64,000 nt of DNA from the NCBI RefSeq assembly GCF_030028105.1, contig NC_092379.1, forward strand, positions 24,545,821 to 24,609,820, read 5' to 3'. The notes under the pieces were generated by a model. That model was not told the DNA's origin and ran no database searches. It saw nothing but the letters and a program-made list of their open reading frames with translations. Source of the DNA: Mobula birostris. Its lineage: Eukaryota. Positions within the stretch are counted from its first letter, which is position 1. The number at the start of each line of letters is the position of its first letter. Of this stretch, positions 1 through 11,067 are shown one piece after another. The translations under genes were made by a program, and so were the position numbers.

Positions 1-886
1 ATTATATTGGAAAATGTAAACGCATACATTGTATTTTCTATGTATTACAGTATTTACAATATTTACTCAACAGTATTTCAGTATTCACTCAATTGCACAC
101 ATTATATTTTCCATATTTACTATGTAACCACTGCTAGCTGAATAGAGGGTATTCACTATGTAGCCATGACTTTTGACCTAATCACTATTAATTCATGAAG
201 AGAACTAGAATGAAACCAAGTAGGAAGATAACGGTGGCGAGTAAGGTAATGAAATATGTGGCAGTATGTCGAAACAAGACCAATTAAGAAATAACTGTGG
301 TTAGGGATGAGGGGACACCTGGTCTAAAAAGTAAACTATGACATAATTAAATTGGGGAGTAAAACAATAGTGGAAGGTCGAGAGCGGATGTATTGATGAT
401 ATGTGATCACAGGCCGTCTGGATATGATAATGTAGCTAAGATAGGAGATTGCTATAAAAAATGCTGTGTACAAGCCTCGATGGGCAGTCAGCTACTAGAT
501 TTCTGATTGTCTCAACTTTGATTTGAAAATTAAAGTTTAAAACATCTTGAAGGATTTTCTGCGTCTCCTTGTTGTTTGTAATAAACGAGAAACAATGACA
601 ACGTCAGCTAAGAATTATAAAAAAAAATAAAAACACTTGTTCTCTTCTGTCATCATGGACTAAAAGCTCGCCGCAATATAAATGCTCCAGTGGAGGGTGA
701 AAGAGGACTCATTCAGAACCGAAAGATGCCTAGTGTCGACATTTAATTAGCAGCGAATTTCCCCATTGGGTGATGATGCTTCAACTGTCGAAGAGACATA
801 AAGTTAAGATTTAACGTCGTGTCTTTTCGAACCTGAGAGTTTGCTGCAGAATTATCGGTCTGTTCTCTGCGGTCTTGGCGTTCGCT

Positions 887-925
887 CGTTTTTGAACAGC
901 TCCTTTCGTCTTTTGAAACACTGTG
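887..925 (-). other. Second (extra) 23-RSS downstream of supporting Vdelta A
   Basis: Minus strand: CACAGTG (925-919), exactly 23 nt, TCAAAAACG (895-887; 7/9 to ACAAAAACC). Equivalent element at 61186-61224. Confidence 0.7.
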
Positions 926-940
926 CAACCACCGCATTGA

Positions 941-979
941 GGTTTTTGTGCATCTCGCTTCCTCCTGTCTATCACTGTG
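941..979 (-). other. 23-RSS of supporting Vdelta A
   Basis: Perfect consensus directly after the V: CACAGTG (979-973), 23 nt, ACAAAAACC (949-941). Confidence 0.97.
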
Positions 980-1285
980 CTCTCCTCGGACTTAAGGCAC
1001 ATTGATACAAAGCCGAGTCGCCCACTTGAAGTTTCGAGATGGTTAACGTGCTGATTTTCTTGTCACGATCGAGAGAACCAAAGAACTGTCCTTCGGCAAC
1101 ATTTCCCTGTACCTGATCTCCAGAGGTATGCGTCTGGAGCAGAAGTTTTGGAGGCTCTGCTTGCAGCTGCCTGTACCAGTGTACCGTGTATGTACAAAAC
1201 CCGAAATATTCGCAGCTTAATGTGACGACGTCATCAGAATAAGAAGATTGTAAAGGCGGACTCTTGGACACCAGGGATAATGGAT
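980..1285 (-). CDS. TRDV: Leaderless NAR-TCR-supporting TCR delta V exon (cassette A), open frame
   Basis: Polypyrimidine-AG acceptor at 1287-1286, phase 1. Translation (D)PLSLVSKSPPLQSSYSDDVVTLSCEYFGFCTYTVHWYRQ...LTISKLQVGDSALYQCALSPRR has Cys23, Trp41 (WYRQ), DSALYxC and an extra CDR1 Cys. No intact leader exon seen between it and J-A. Confidence 0.92.
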
Positions 1286-1928
1286 CTGAAGGGATATAAA
1301 ATAGGCATCATCATTTCTTCTCTATCGTTACGGGATCCAACACTCATAGGAATAGGTGAAGGAGTCACACCGGCTGGTTTCGTTTACAATGTGTCAGAAA
1401 TGCTTTCATTGCTATTGGGAATTATTCCAGTCAATTGCTGAGCTGGAGAAATAATTGGCAGTTGCTGCAGCGGACAATTGATATAACTAGGAGGAGAAAT
1501 TCAATTACTGCATGTAAATGCTGAAAAATGTGAAACTTCCTGGGAATTAATAATTAAAACACATAATATAAGTGAAACTACCTTCCAGAGCCCGCACCCA
1601 AAGAGATGGAGTCCAATAATGGCTGCTGATTAGATAGAGTTGAAGATGATTCTTGTACCAGTGAGACTGAAAATCGGATTACACTTTGTAAATTTAAACT
1701 ATTCTGGCATTTTTGTAAGGGAATGACGAACAAGAAAAAAGAATAAGCAATATATTAATTTAAACGACTGATTCACTCTCTACAAATATTTTGCTCCCTG
1801 ATTTCGCAGATTAATATCCATTAGAAGGGAATGATTTTCCCCTGTTTGGAATAAGGACCTGTGTGGAAGGAGTACATAATGTTAATTTTCACACACCCCG
1901 GGGTAACACTTCTTGAATATTCGGTGTA

Positions 1929-2024
1929 ACACACCGCACTACTGAAGGAACTCAGCAGACTAGGCAGCATTTATGGAAAAGGGAAAAACCGGCGCTGTTT
2001 CAGGCAGAGATACTTCATCAGGAC
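1929..2024 (-). repeat. Degenerate Penelope-type terminal repeat with decayed hammerhead core, in the J-A to Vdelta-A intron
   Basis: Reverse complement resembles the copies at 33720-33830 and 58571-58745; CTGATGA at 2021-2015 ... GAAAC, but no NUH cleavage triplet. Confidence 0.6.
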
Positions 2025-2713
2025 ATTAATATATGATTCATTGCTTGCAGAGAACATCATGCATTTTGGGTCTGTTGCTTGGGTTTCTGCAGAACTTATC
2101 ATGTTTCTCCATTCGCTGTGCCAGGTCATCCTCCGTTTTACTTACAGTTCCGTCAGTATTTATGTTATTTTTTTCTTTCCCTGATACTGCTTGTTCTACT
2201 TTTGCTGCATATCCTGTCAACTTAAAATGTTATCATGCAGTCTGTCAGATGTCGCCTGAATTGCAGCATACACGTGGGTGTCAGGCTCATTCGCATATAG
2301 GCGTCTCCACTAACTAATTGTATCTGGAGGTTATGCATGATAAAGAGTTTTTTTTGTTTGTTTTTTTTTCTCAATCTTTCAACATGCATTTTGTCTGGAT
2401 CTGCAAAGTTACTCAGCACAGGACATCCCTGAGAATTTCCGTCAAACTTGACAGCACTACGTGCTGACCCAAGAGCAGCTTTTCCTCTGCTGCTCGCAAA
2501 ACCGCCTGCTGGAAAAAAAAAAAAAAAAAAAAAAAAAAGTACTTTTCCTAAGAGGAGCTCATAGCTGACAATCTAAATTCATTATTTTCAACAAGCCCAA
2601 TCGTATAGCTCCTATCTCCGAAATCTCAAACAAACTTGATATATGCAGCAAATCTGCCTCTGCAAGCACATTGATGAAGCCGCTTTATACATTTCTTCAG
2701 TTCAGATACTTAC

Positions 2714-2772
2714 CGACTGTGCAGTAACCCTGGACCCGGTTCCATCCAGATAGCTAGTGTCGTAAAGTAACT
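2714..2772 (-). pseudogene. NAR-TCR J segment A, 1-nt deletion near the 3' end
   Basis: Reads ...YLDGTGSRVTAQS then GTAAGT donor (2713-2708). One base is missing relative to J-B (ACT GTC ACA GTC G versus ACT GCA CAG TCG), so the donor is phase 0 while the Vdelta acceptor is phase 1. Confidence 0.85.
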
Positions 2773-2811
2773 CACCGTGATGCCATTCTCAGTCTCACTG
2801 GTACAAGAATC
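2773..2811 (+). other. 23-RSS of J-A
   Basis: CACCGTG (2773-2779), 23 nt, ACAAGAATC (2803-2811); heptamer and nonamer identical to those of J-B. Confidence 0.9.
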
Positions 2812-3112
2812 AACCTCAACTCTGTCGAATCTGCAAACGTTATTGGACAGTATACACTTATGCCTGACTTGTAAAACATCAACAACATAATTCAGTGTTC
2901 CATAGAGCTCTGTGAAACTACCTATGAAAAAGACAACTATAAAATTGTCACAGCATGCTTTCCGAATGTCGGCTCCTTAAACTGCAGCAAATGTGAAAGA
3001 AAAAATCCGGAAAGGGGCAAATTACAATGGAATTCGTCGGATCACAGCGCGAAAGCAATCCAATATATGAATCTTTTTTCCGACTCTAGAATATATTTTT
3101 ATCAGGGCCGAA

Positions 3113-3182
3113 AGTTTTTGTCCGATTATCCTCTGTTGTGTATTGCCCCAAATCCACAGTGTTTCATGTCATGTTCATAATG
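3113..3182 (-). other. NAR-TCR D segment A (coding 3141-3154, GATTTGGGGCAATA) with 12-RSS on both sides
   Basis: 3' RSS on minus strand CACAACA-12-ACAAAAACT (3140-3113). 5' RSS read on plus strand CACAGTG (3155-3161)-12-TTCATAATG (poor nonamer). G-rich 14-mer between V and J; homologous to D-B. Confidence 0.85.
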
Positions 3183-3491
3183 CAGAATAGCGGTGACAGG
3201 AGAAAACAGCTTTCCAACTGCTATTCCATCTTCCATGCTATTGGATCAGGGCCTCGTCTGAAGTAAGGCACTGTTAAGTGGGAAAATCATTTCATTTACT
3301 GTTCGCTTAAAAAATGCGTAAGGTAATTTTATACCTGCAAATTCAGGAAAGAGAAAAGAACTGGAGTATGAACAGTAAACTTCCTGTCCCATTACAAACT
3401 ATACTCTATGGCACGCAGGGGAAGTGCCTCGTTCAATTACCGGCAGATTAAGTCCGCTTCTTAGGCTATTGATGGGATAAATTACAGCGTG

Positions 3492-3529
3492 TATTTGAGT
3501 ACGGCCAGAATCCCTTTCCTACCTATGTG
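3492..3529 (-). other. Degenerate 22-nt-spacer RSS of NAR V-A
   Basis: CACATAG (3529-3523), 22 nt, ACTCAAATA (3500-3492); aligns with CACGGTG-22-ACTCAAACA of V-B. Confidence 0.7.
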
Positions 3530-3825
3530 TAGAGTAATATTTATATTGCTATTCAACTTTACAGAAATAGGTGGCGCTGTCCTTAACGCCAAGATTCATA
3601 ATTTTCAGGGTAATTATCCTTTCTGCTTTATTTTCCGTTGTAATAATTCTTCCTCCTGTGTTTTGCGTTCCCTCACCGTTCCTGGCTGCTTCTGTTTGAA
3701 GAACTGTCCGGTTATAAATCGAACGCTTGACGTTTTTCTACGGAACCTGCATGTAATAGTGAGTGTCTGACATTCATTTGTCGTCACCACTGTCGGGCTC
3801 TGGGTCACGGACTGGCTGGAGGAGA
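3530..3825 (-). pseudogene. NARTCRV: NAR-TCR IgNAR-like V exon A, pseudogene
   Basis: AG acceptor 3827-3826. SQSVTQSPTVVTTNECQTLTITCRF...TGQFFKQ; a 1-nt deletion after RER shifts the frame, which resumes as TGGRIITTENKAERIITLKIMNLGVKDSATYFCKVE* (TAG stop three codons after Cys104). Confidence 0.9.
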
Positions 3826-3967
3826 CTGAAAATTAAGAATATGGAGAAGCGAAGCGGCATTAGATGTGAAACATGCAAGACAGCTAATACTATGATTTCA
3901 TGAAATTCCAAATTGTTCAGGTTTATATTTAATTCGCATACTGTGGAAAATTTTAAACGGTACTCAC

Positions 3968-4010
3968 GGCGAAAGCAGAGGGAGTGCGTGAAATTCAAGA
4001 GGAAATTCAT
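3968..4010 (-). CDS. Leader exon of NAR V-A (MNFLLNFTHSLCFR, phase 1)
   Basis: ATG at 4010, 43 nt, GTGAGT donor 3967-3962; phase matches the V acceptor; 3' part homologous to the leader end at 63974-64000. Confidence 0.8.
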
Positions 4011-4035
4011 CGTTTCGTCTCCGGGGGTCAGATGG

Positions 4036-4129
4036 TTTATATGTCGGAGAGCTAGTCTGCTGTGGTACGTTATTCCTCAGAAATTGGCAAAGACGCATCT
4101 GCCTTTTGCTGCTCCAGATTTATGCAATT
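4036..4129 (-). promoter_or_regulatory. Possible V-gene promoter elements
   Basis: TATAAA on the minus strand at 4041-4036, 26 nt before the ATG; octamer-like ATGCAATT (7/8) at 4122-4129. Short motifs in AT-rich DNA, so weak. Confidence 0.3.
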
Positions 4130-5372
4130 GCTACGCTACCTCCGAATTACCTTTGTGCGAGAAAGCGTCTGGGTAATGATCAATAGCTATGGCTCTGTTT
4201 CCTTTCAAACTCTTTGCAACTGATGAGAAAGGTCCTCCCGGGCTGTTTTAACGCCAATAGGAGTAATGCCTCGTACTTTAAATAAATACAACAGGACAGG
4301 GCAGCTGCGAAAAGGAAATGACACAATTGACACGTGCCAGGGTGAAAAGATGTCCCATCAAGATAACTGAGAGTGTCACTAGGTTTTTAAATGCATCGTC
4401 AGCCATGTCCAGATGTTTCCAGGAATGGAGTCAAAGTGATAGAGAATGGGGAAAAAGTGTCAGAAATGGAACAAGTGATTTTAATGGCACTGTGAAGTTG
4501 GAGGGAAAGTTGATGAAATTGAATTGTTTGTTTACGAGATAATGTGTGCGATTAACTCAGATTACAGTCTAGCTAACTTCGACAAAATGTTTTTTTTTTC
4601 TGTACACACAATAACATTACTTGCAGCATCAAGAAAGTCAGCTGCGAGAAAACTCATTCAACTGTGCCTGCAATGACATGCATATGAGCCGATGTACTTC
4701 AGCACCGGTGTGAGAACATCATCGGCCTTCCTTAATTACAATTGCTGCTGATGGACTGAGAACCAACTTTATTCAATGAATTTTGATAGTGCGGATTATA
4801 GGTGAGTGCTTGGAAGAATGTGTTAATTTATTTCAAGAGACATTCAAGAAAGTCATGCAGCGTAGTATCAACAATGAAGCGATACCAGCTGTCTGTCTCT
4901 TTTTTTTTATCTGATACCCTTCTCCAACGCTCATAATATGATTATCACTCGCACTCACTCTAACACTCGCTATAACCGACTATCTTGATTTGGGTCATGG
5001 TAAAAATAAATAAATAAATACATAAATAACTGCTTGAAGGCAGGCACAGAAACACACAATCAGACAGAAACCGTTGCCGCGCATCCCATTGTCGGGAGAT
5101 GGATTGCAATGCTTTCGTGATGCCTTCATTTGCTAATCCAGAAACGAAAAGGTCAGTTTATGAGGTCGTAGGGCAGTATTTCTCTGCAGCACATCACCAC
5201 TATCAGGTGCCTACCGGGACCTAATGCACAATAAGCTTATAAACCATTTTATAATCTCAATTTCTGAACGATTAACATAAATGTGATGGAACAATTTTCC
5301 TTTGCCAGACGGTGGTGAATTAAGTGTTTCCATGAGAAGGTATATATGAATGCGTGAATGCTTGTATGTGTA

Positions 5373-5397
5373 TGTGTGTGTGTGTGTGTGTGTGTGT
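5373..5397. repeat. (TG)n microsatellite
   Basis: Direct inspection. Confidence 0.95.
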
Positions 5398-5667
5398 TTC
5401 TTTGCGTGCAGCAGTATCCGGATGTACCAGAACAATCGCAGATACCATGAAAAACTGAAATGTTAAAACGGTGCTTATTGTTAAAAAAAATATGCGCGAT
5501 CACTAAGATTCTAAAGCAGGCTCACTTTTTCTCGAATTATGCCACTAGTTACCAAATGTGGCTATTATTTTTAACCACATCAGACGGAACGGTAGAAGTA
5601 ACAGGTCATAGTATACGTGGTACTTAATTCGGATATGACCGTAAGAATATAAGCTATAGAAACAGAT

Positions 5668-7560
5668 ATTAGGGTTTTTGCCCTACCGCGTCCACTCTGC
5701 CATCAATCATGGCTGATCCATTCTGTACTCCACCTACACCCCATTCCCCGGCTTCTCCCCGTAAACTTTGATGCTCAGTATCTATCAATCTCTCCCTTAA
5801 ATACACCAAACAACCTGGCCACCACAGATACATGTGGCAATAATTTGCACATTTCACCACCGTCTGGCAAAATAAATTTCTCTTCACCTCTGCTTGTTTT
5901 TTAATAGTCGCCCCTCTATCCTGAGGCTGTGCCCTCGTGTCCTATTCTCTGCCACCAATGGAAACATCCATTCGATAACTAATTTGGCAAGGGCATTCAA
6001 CATTCGAAAGTTGTCAATGAGATTCCCCTCGTCCTTCTGAATTGCAGAGAGTACAGACCCGCAGCCATCAAAATTTCCCGTATGATAACGCTTTCATTCC
6101 TGGAATAATCCTGATGAAACTGCTATGAATCATCTCTAATTATAACACATTTTTTTTTTAATTAACAACCCAAAATTATTCACAATAATCAAGGTGAGGC
6201 CTCACCAGTGCCTATAAATTCTCTGCATCACATCCCGGCACTTGCATTCTAGAACTCTGAAATAAATGCTAATATTGCAGATGCCTTCCTCGCCAACGAC
6301 TCAACCCATAAGTTAACCTTCATTAGGTTCTGCACAAGAACTCTGAAGTGCCTGTACATCTTAGAGTTTTCGATTTTTTTCCCGTTTAGAAAATAGTTGG
6401 AAAATATATTTCTGCTAGCAAAGTGCATGCCCATACATTTTCCAAGACCATATTCCATTTGCCACAGTCTTGCCCATTCTTCTCATCTGTCTGATTCCTT
6501 CTGTATCCGACTTGTTTCCTCTACACTTCCCACCTCTCCACTAATCTTCGTATCATCTGCAATGCCGACCAAATAGCTGAGTATTTCATCATCTAAATCA
6601 TTTATACACAGCATAAACAGAACTGGTCTCAGCACTGACCCATGCGGAAAACCACCAGACACTGACAGCGAAACGGAAAATGATCCATTTTTCCCACTCG
6701 CCTCCTCCTTCCAATCAACATGTATCCAATGACATGTATCTTTCGGTCTTCCAGTATTTTTAGCACCTTCTCCAATGTAATATTAACTACACCCTGTTCT
6801 CTTCAATCATATATTACAGCATCTGTCACACCGCTAGTGTCTTCAACAGTACAAACTGATGGCAAAATACTCATTTAGCTCATCTGCCATATCCTTTTAC
6901 CCCGTTATTATTTATTTGCCTCATTTGATGTCGGTGCTATATCCACTCTCATTTTTCTTTTATGTTTTACATAATTGAAAAAAAAAACGTTTACGATCCA
7001 CTTTGATATTATTTGCAAGCTTGCTTTCATGTGTCTTCTTTCCCCTTCGAATCATTCCCTTAGTTACTCTCTGCAGCGTTTTAAACAATTCCCAATCCTG
7101 TATCTTTCCACTATTTTTTGCTTTGTTGTACGCCACCCTTTAATTTTAGAGTAGTTTTGACTTCACCTATCAGCCACGATTGTACAATATTACCATGTGA
7201 GTATTTCTTCATTTTTGGAGTAAACATGTCCTTCCTCATTTTACCCAGAAACGGACGCCATTGCGGCTCTGCGAACAACCTGCTAGCAGCTCCTTCCAAT
7301 TTACTTTGGCAAAAACCTCTTTACGCGAGAATTTACTTCTTTCTTATCAAAATTACAAGTTGAACTCAATCTTAAAGTGATCACTTTCTCCTAAGAGTTC
7401 TTTTACCTTAAGCTCCCTAACCGACCCCTGTTAATTACATAACACCGAATCCTGTACAGCTGATCCCATAATAGGCTTAACACCAATCTGCTGGAAAAAA
7501 AAAAAAAAAACAAAAAACAAAAAACATCTCTTAGGCATTCAACAAACTCACTGTCCATTA
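5668..7560 (-). mobile_element. Old, fragmented CR1-type LINE (3' part of ORF2)
   Basis: Broken minus-strand translations such as KIENSKMYRHFRVLVQNLMKVNLWVESLARKASAILAFI match the C-terminal RT region of the other CR1 copies here; boundaries approximate. Confidence 0.65.
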
Positions 7561-7863
7561 CCAATGTGATTTTCCGAATCGACCTGCATGCTAAAATAAG
7601 GATTCGGCAATTGCGCTCGTGAATATGCGTGTGTCATATAAATATAATTTCATTTTGATACTACTTAACTCTATTCCGTACGTCGTAATGCTTGTCGAGA
7701 CGTGAACCAAGGAGACAGCAAAACTTTGCTGTCCGCATTACGCCTTGTCTGAGAAACTGGACTGTGTGGTCATCTGAATCTGAAGACTATCGGTATTTGA
7801 TTAATTCTTATTTTTTCTTCTCTACCCTAGCATGGGTTTCGTTTTCCATTTGAGAATTTTAGT

Positions 7864-10800
7864 TAGAATAGTACAGCACAGTACAGGCCCTTCAGCCCAC
7901 AATGTTGTGCAGACCCTCAAACCCTGCCTCCCATATAAGCCTCCACCTTAAATTCCTCCATATACCTGTCTAGTAGTCTCTTAAACTTCACTAGTGTATC
8001 TGCCTCCACCACTGACTCAGGCAGTGCATTCCACGCACCAAACACTCTTTGAGTAAAAAATCCTTCCTCTGATATCCCCTTAAACTTTCCACCCCTTACC
8101 TTAAAGCCATGTCCTCTTGTATTGAGCAGAGGTGCCATGGGGAAGAGGCGCTGGCTATCCACTCTACCTATTCCTCTTAGTATGTTGTACACCTCTATCA
8201 TGTCTCCTCTCATCCTTCTTCTCTCCAAAGAGTAAAGCCCTAGCTTCCTTAATCTCTGAGCATAATGCATACTTTCTAAACCAGGCAGCATCCTGGTAAA
8301 TCTCCTCTGTACCCTTTCAAGTGCTTCAACATCCTTCCTATAGTGAGGTGACCAGAAATGAACACAGTACTCCAAGTGTGGCCTAACCAGAGTTTTATAG
8401 AGCTGCATCATTACATCGCGACTCTTAAACCCTATTCCTCGACTGATGAAACCTAACATCCCATAAGCTTTCTTATCTACCCTATCCACCTGTGAGGCAA
8501 CTTTCAGGGATCTGTGGACATATACCCCGAGATCCCTCTGCTCCTCCCCACTACCAAGTATCCTGCCATTTACTTTGTTCTCTGCCTTGGAGTTTGTCCT
8601 TCCAAAGTGTACCACCTCACACTTCTCCGGGTTGAACTCCATCTGCCACTTCTCAGCCCACTTCTGCATCCTATCGATGTCTCTCTGCAATCTTTGACAA
8701 TCCTCTACACTATCTACAACACCACCAACCTTTGTGTCGTCTGCAAACTTGCCAGCCCACCCTTCTACCCCCTCATCCAGGTCGTTAATAAAAATCATGA
8801 AAAGTAGAGGTCCCAGAACAGATCCTTGTGGTACACCACTAGTCACAATCCTCCAATCTGAATGTACTCCTTCCACTACCACCCTCTGCCTTCTGCACGC
8901 AAGCCAGTTCTGAATCCACCTGGCTAAACTTCCCTGGATCCCATGACTTCTAACTTTCTGAATAAGACTACCGTGTGGAACCTTGTCAAACACCTTACTA
9001 AAATCCATATAGATCACATCCACTGCACTACCCTCATCTATATGTCTGGTCACCTCCTCAAAGAAATCTATCAGGCTTGTTAGACACGATCTGCCCTTCA
9101 CAAAGCCATGCTGACTGTCCCTGATCAGACCATGATTCTCTAAATGCCTATAGATCCTATCTCTAAGAATCGTTTCCAACAGCTGTCCCACCACAGACGT
9201 TAGGCTCACTGGTCTATAATTACCTGGACTATCCCTACTACCTTTTTTGAACAAGGGGACATCATTCGCCGCCCTCCAATCCTCCTGTACCATTCCCGTG
9301 GGCAACGGGGACATAAAGATCCTTGGCAGAGGCTCAGCAATCTCTTCTCTCGACTTGTGGTGCAGCCTGGGGAATAGTCCGTCAAGTCCCGGAGACTTAT
9401 CTGTCTTAATGTATTTTACAACTCCAACACCTCCTCTCCCTTAATATCAACATGCTCCAGAACATCAACCTCACTCATATTATCCTCACCATCATCAAGT
9501 TCCTTCTCATTGGTGAATACCGAAGAGAAGTATTCATTGAGGTCCTCGCTCACTTCCACAGCCTCCAGGCACATCTTCCCACCTTTATCTCTAATCGGTC
9601 CTACCTTCACCCCTGTCATCCTTTTTTTCTTCACTTAATTGAAGAATGCTTCCAGTTTTACTTTACCCTACTCGCCAAAGCCTTCTCATGCCCCCTTCTT
9701 GCTCTTCTCAGCCCCTTCTTAAGCTTCTTTCTTGCTTCCCTATATTCCTCAATAGACCCATCTGATTCTTGCTTCGTAAACCTCATGTATACTGTTTTCT
9801 TCCACCTGACTAGATTTTCGACCTCACTTGTTAGCCATGGTTCTTTCACCCTACCATTCTTTATCTTCCTCACCGGGACAAATGTATCCATTACATCCCG
9901 CAAGAGATCTCTAAACATCGACCACATGCCCATAGTACATTTCCCTGCAAGAACATCATCCCAATTTACACCCGCAGTTCTATCCTTATAGCCTCATAAT
10001 TTGCCTTTCCCCAGTTAACAATTTCCCTGTCCTCTCTGATCCTATCCTTGTCCACTATAATGCTAAGGGCCAGGGAGCAGTGGTCACTGTCCCCCAGATG
10101 CTCACCCACTAAGAGATCTGTGACCTGACCCAGTTCATTACCTAGTACTAGATTTAGTATGGCATTCCCGCTGGTCGGTCTGTCTACATACTGTGACAGA
10201 AATCCATCCTGGACACACTTAACAAACTCTGCACCATCTAAACCCTTGGAACTAATCCGGTGCCAATCAACATTAGGGAAGTTAAAGTCACCCATGATAA
10301 CAACCCTGTTATTTTTGCACCTTTCCAAAATCTGCCTCCGAATCTGCTCCTCTGTATCTCTGCTGCTACCGGACGCCTATAGAATACACCCAGTAGAATA
10401 ACTGCTCCCTTTCTGTTCATGACTTCCACCCATATTGACTCAAAAGAGGATTCTGCTACATTACCCACTCTTTCTGTAGCTGTAATAGTATCCCTGACCA
10501 GTAATGCCACCCCTCCTCCCCTTTTTCCGCCCTCTCTATCCCTTTTAAAACACTGAAATCCAGGAATATTGAGAATCCATTCCTGCCCTGGTTCCAGCCA
10601 AGTCTCTGTAATGGCCACTACATCATAATTCCATGTATGTATCCAAGCTCTCAGTTCATCACCTTTGTTCCTGATGCTTCTTGCATTGAGGTACGCACAT
10701 TTCAGCCCTTCTACTTTACTGTCTTTACACCGTTTATTCTGCTTCTCTTTCCTCAAAGCCTCTCTGTATGTTAGATCTGGCTTTACTCCATGCACTTCTT

Positions 10801-11067
10801 TCACTGCTCTATCGCTCTGGGTCTCATCCCCCTCGCAAATTAGTTTAAACCCTCCCGAACCATGCTAGCAAACCTACCTGCAAGGATATTGCTCCCCCTC
10901 GAGTTCAGGTGCAACCCATCCAATCTGTACAGGTCCCACCTTCCCCGGAAGAGATCCCAATGATCTAAAAATCTAAAACCCTGCTCCCTGCACCAACTCC
11001 TCAGCCATGCATTCAACTGCCATCTCCTCCAAATCTTACCATCACTGTCACGTAGCTCTGGCAACAA
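7864..11067 (-). mobile_element. CR1 LINE, 5'-truncated, relatively young
   Basis: End of ORF1 esterase (GFRFLDHWDLF...DGLHLN, 10840-11067), APE endonuclease pieces (YLNARSIRNK, VAITETWL, MGDFNFP, SDH), RT, and a 3' tail matching 25410-25477. Confidence 0.95.
7917..9314 (-). CDS. CR1 ORF2 reverse transcriptase fragment (465 aa open)
   Basis: PGNYRPVSLTS, QHGFVKGRSC, YMDFSKVFDKV, GVPQGSVLGPLLF, FADD motifs; separated from upstream ORF2 pieces by frameshifts. Confidence 0.9.
   Translation of the reverse strand: MSPLPTGMVQEDWRAANDVPLFKKGSRDSPGNYRPVSLTSVVGQLLETILRDRIYRHLENHGLIRDSQHGFVKGRSCLTSLIDFFEEVTRHIDEGSAVDVIYMDFSKVFDKVPHGSLIQKVRSHGIQGSLARWIQNWLACRRQRVVVEGVHSDWRIVTSGVPQGSVLGPLLFMIFINDLDEGVEGWAGKFADDTKVGGVVDSVEDCQRLQRDIDRMQKWAEKWQMEFNPEKCEVVHFGRTNSKAENKVNGRILGSGEEQRDLGVYVHRSLKVASQVDRVDKKAYGMLGFISRGIGFKSRDVMMQLYKTLVRPHLEYCVHFWSPHYRKDVEALERVQRRFTRMLPGLESMHYAQRLRKLGLYSLERRRMRGDMIEVYNILRGIGRVDSQRLFPMAPLLNTRGHGFKVRGGKFKGISEEGFFTQRVFGAWNALPESVVEADTLVKFKRLLDRYMEEFKVEAYMGGRV

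Noticed and set aside
1340-1410. Possible relic leader exon upstream of Vdelta-A (and its homologue near 61640-61715)
   Set aside because: The region is conserved between cassettes but has a stop in A, no GT donor and no hydrophobic core; not supportable as a leader.
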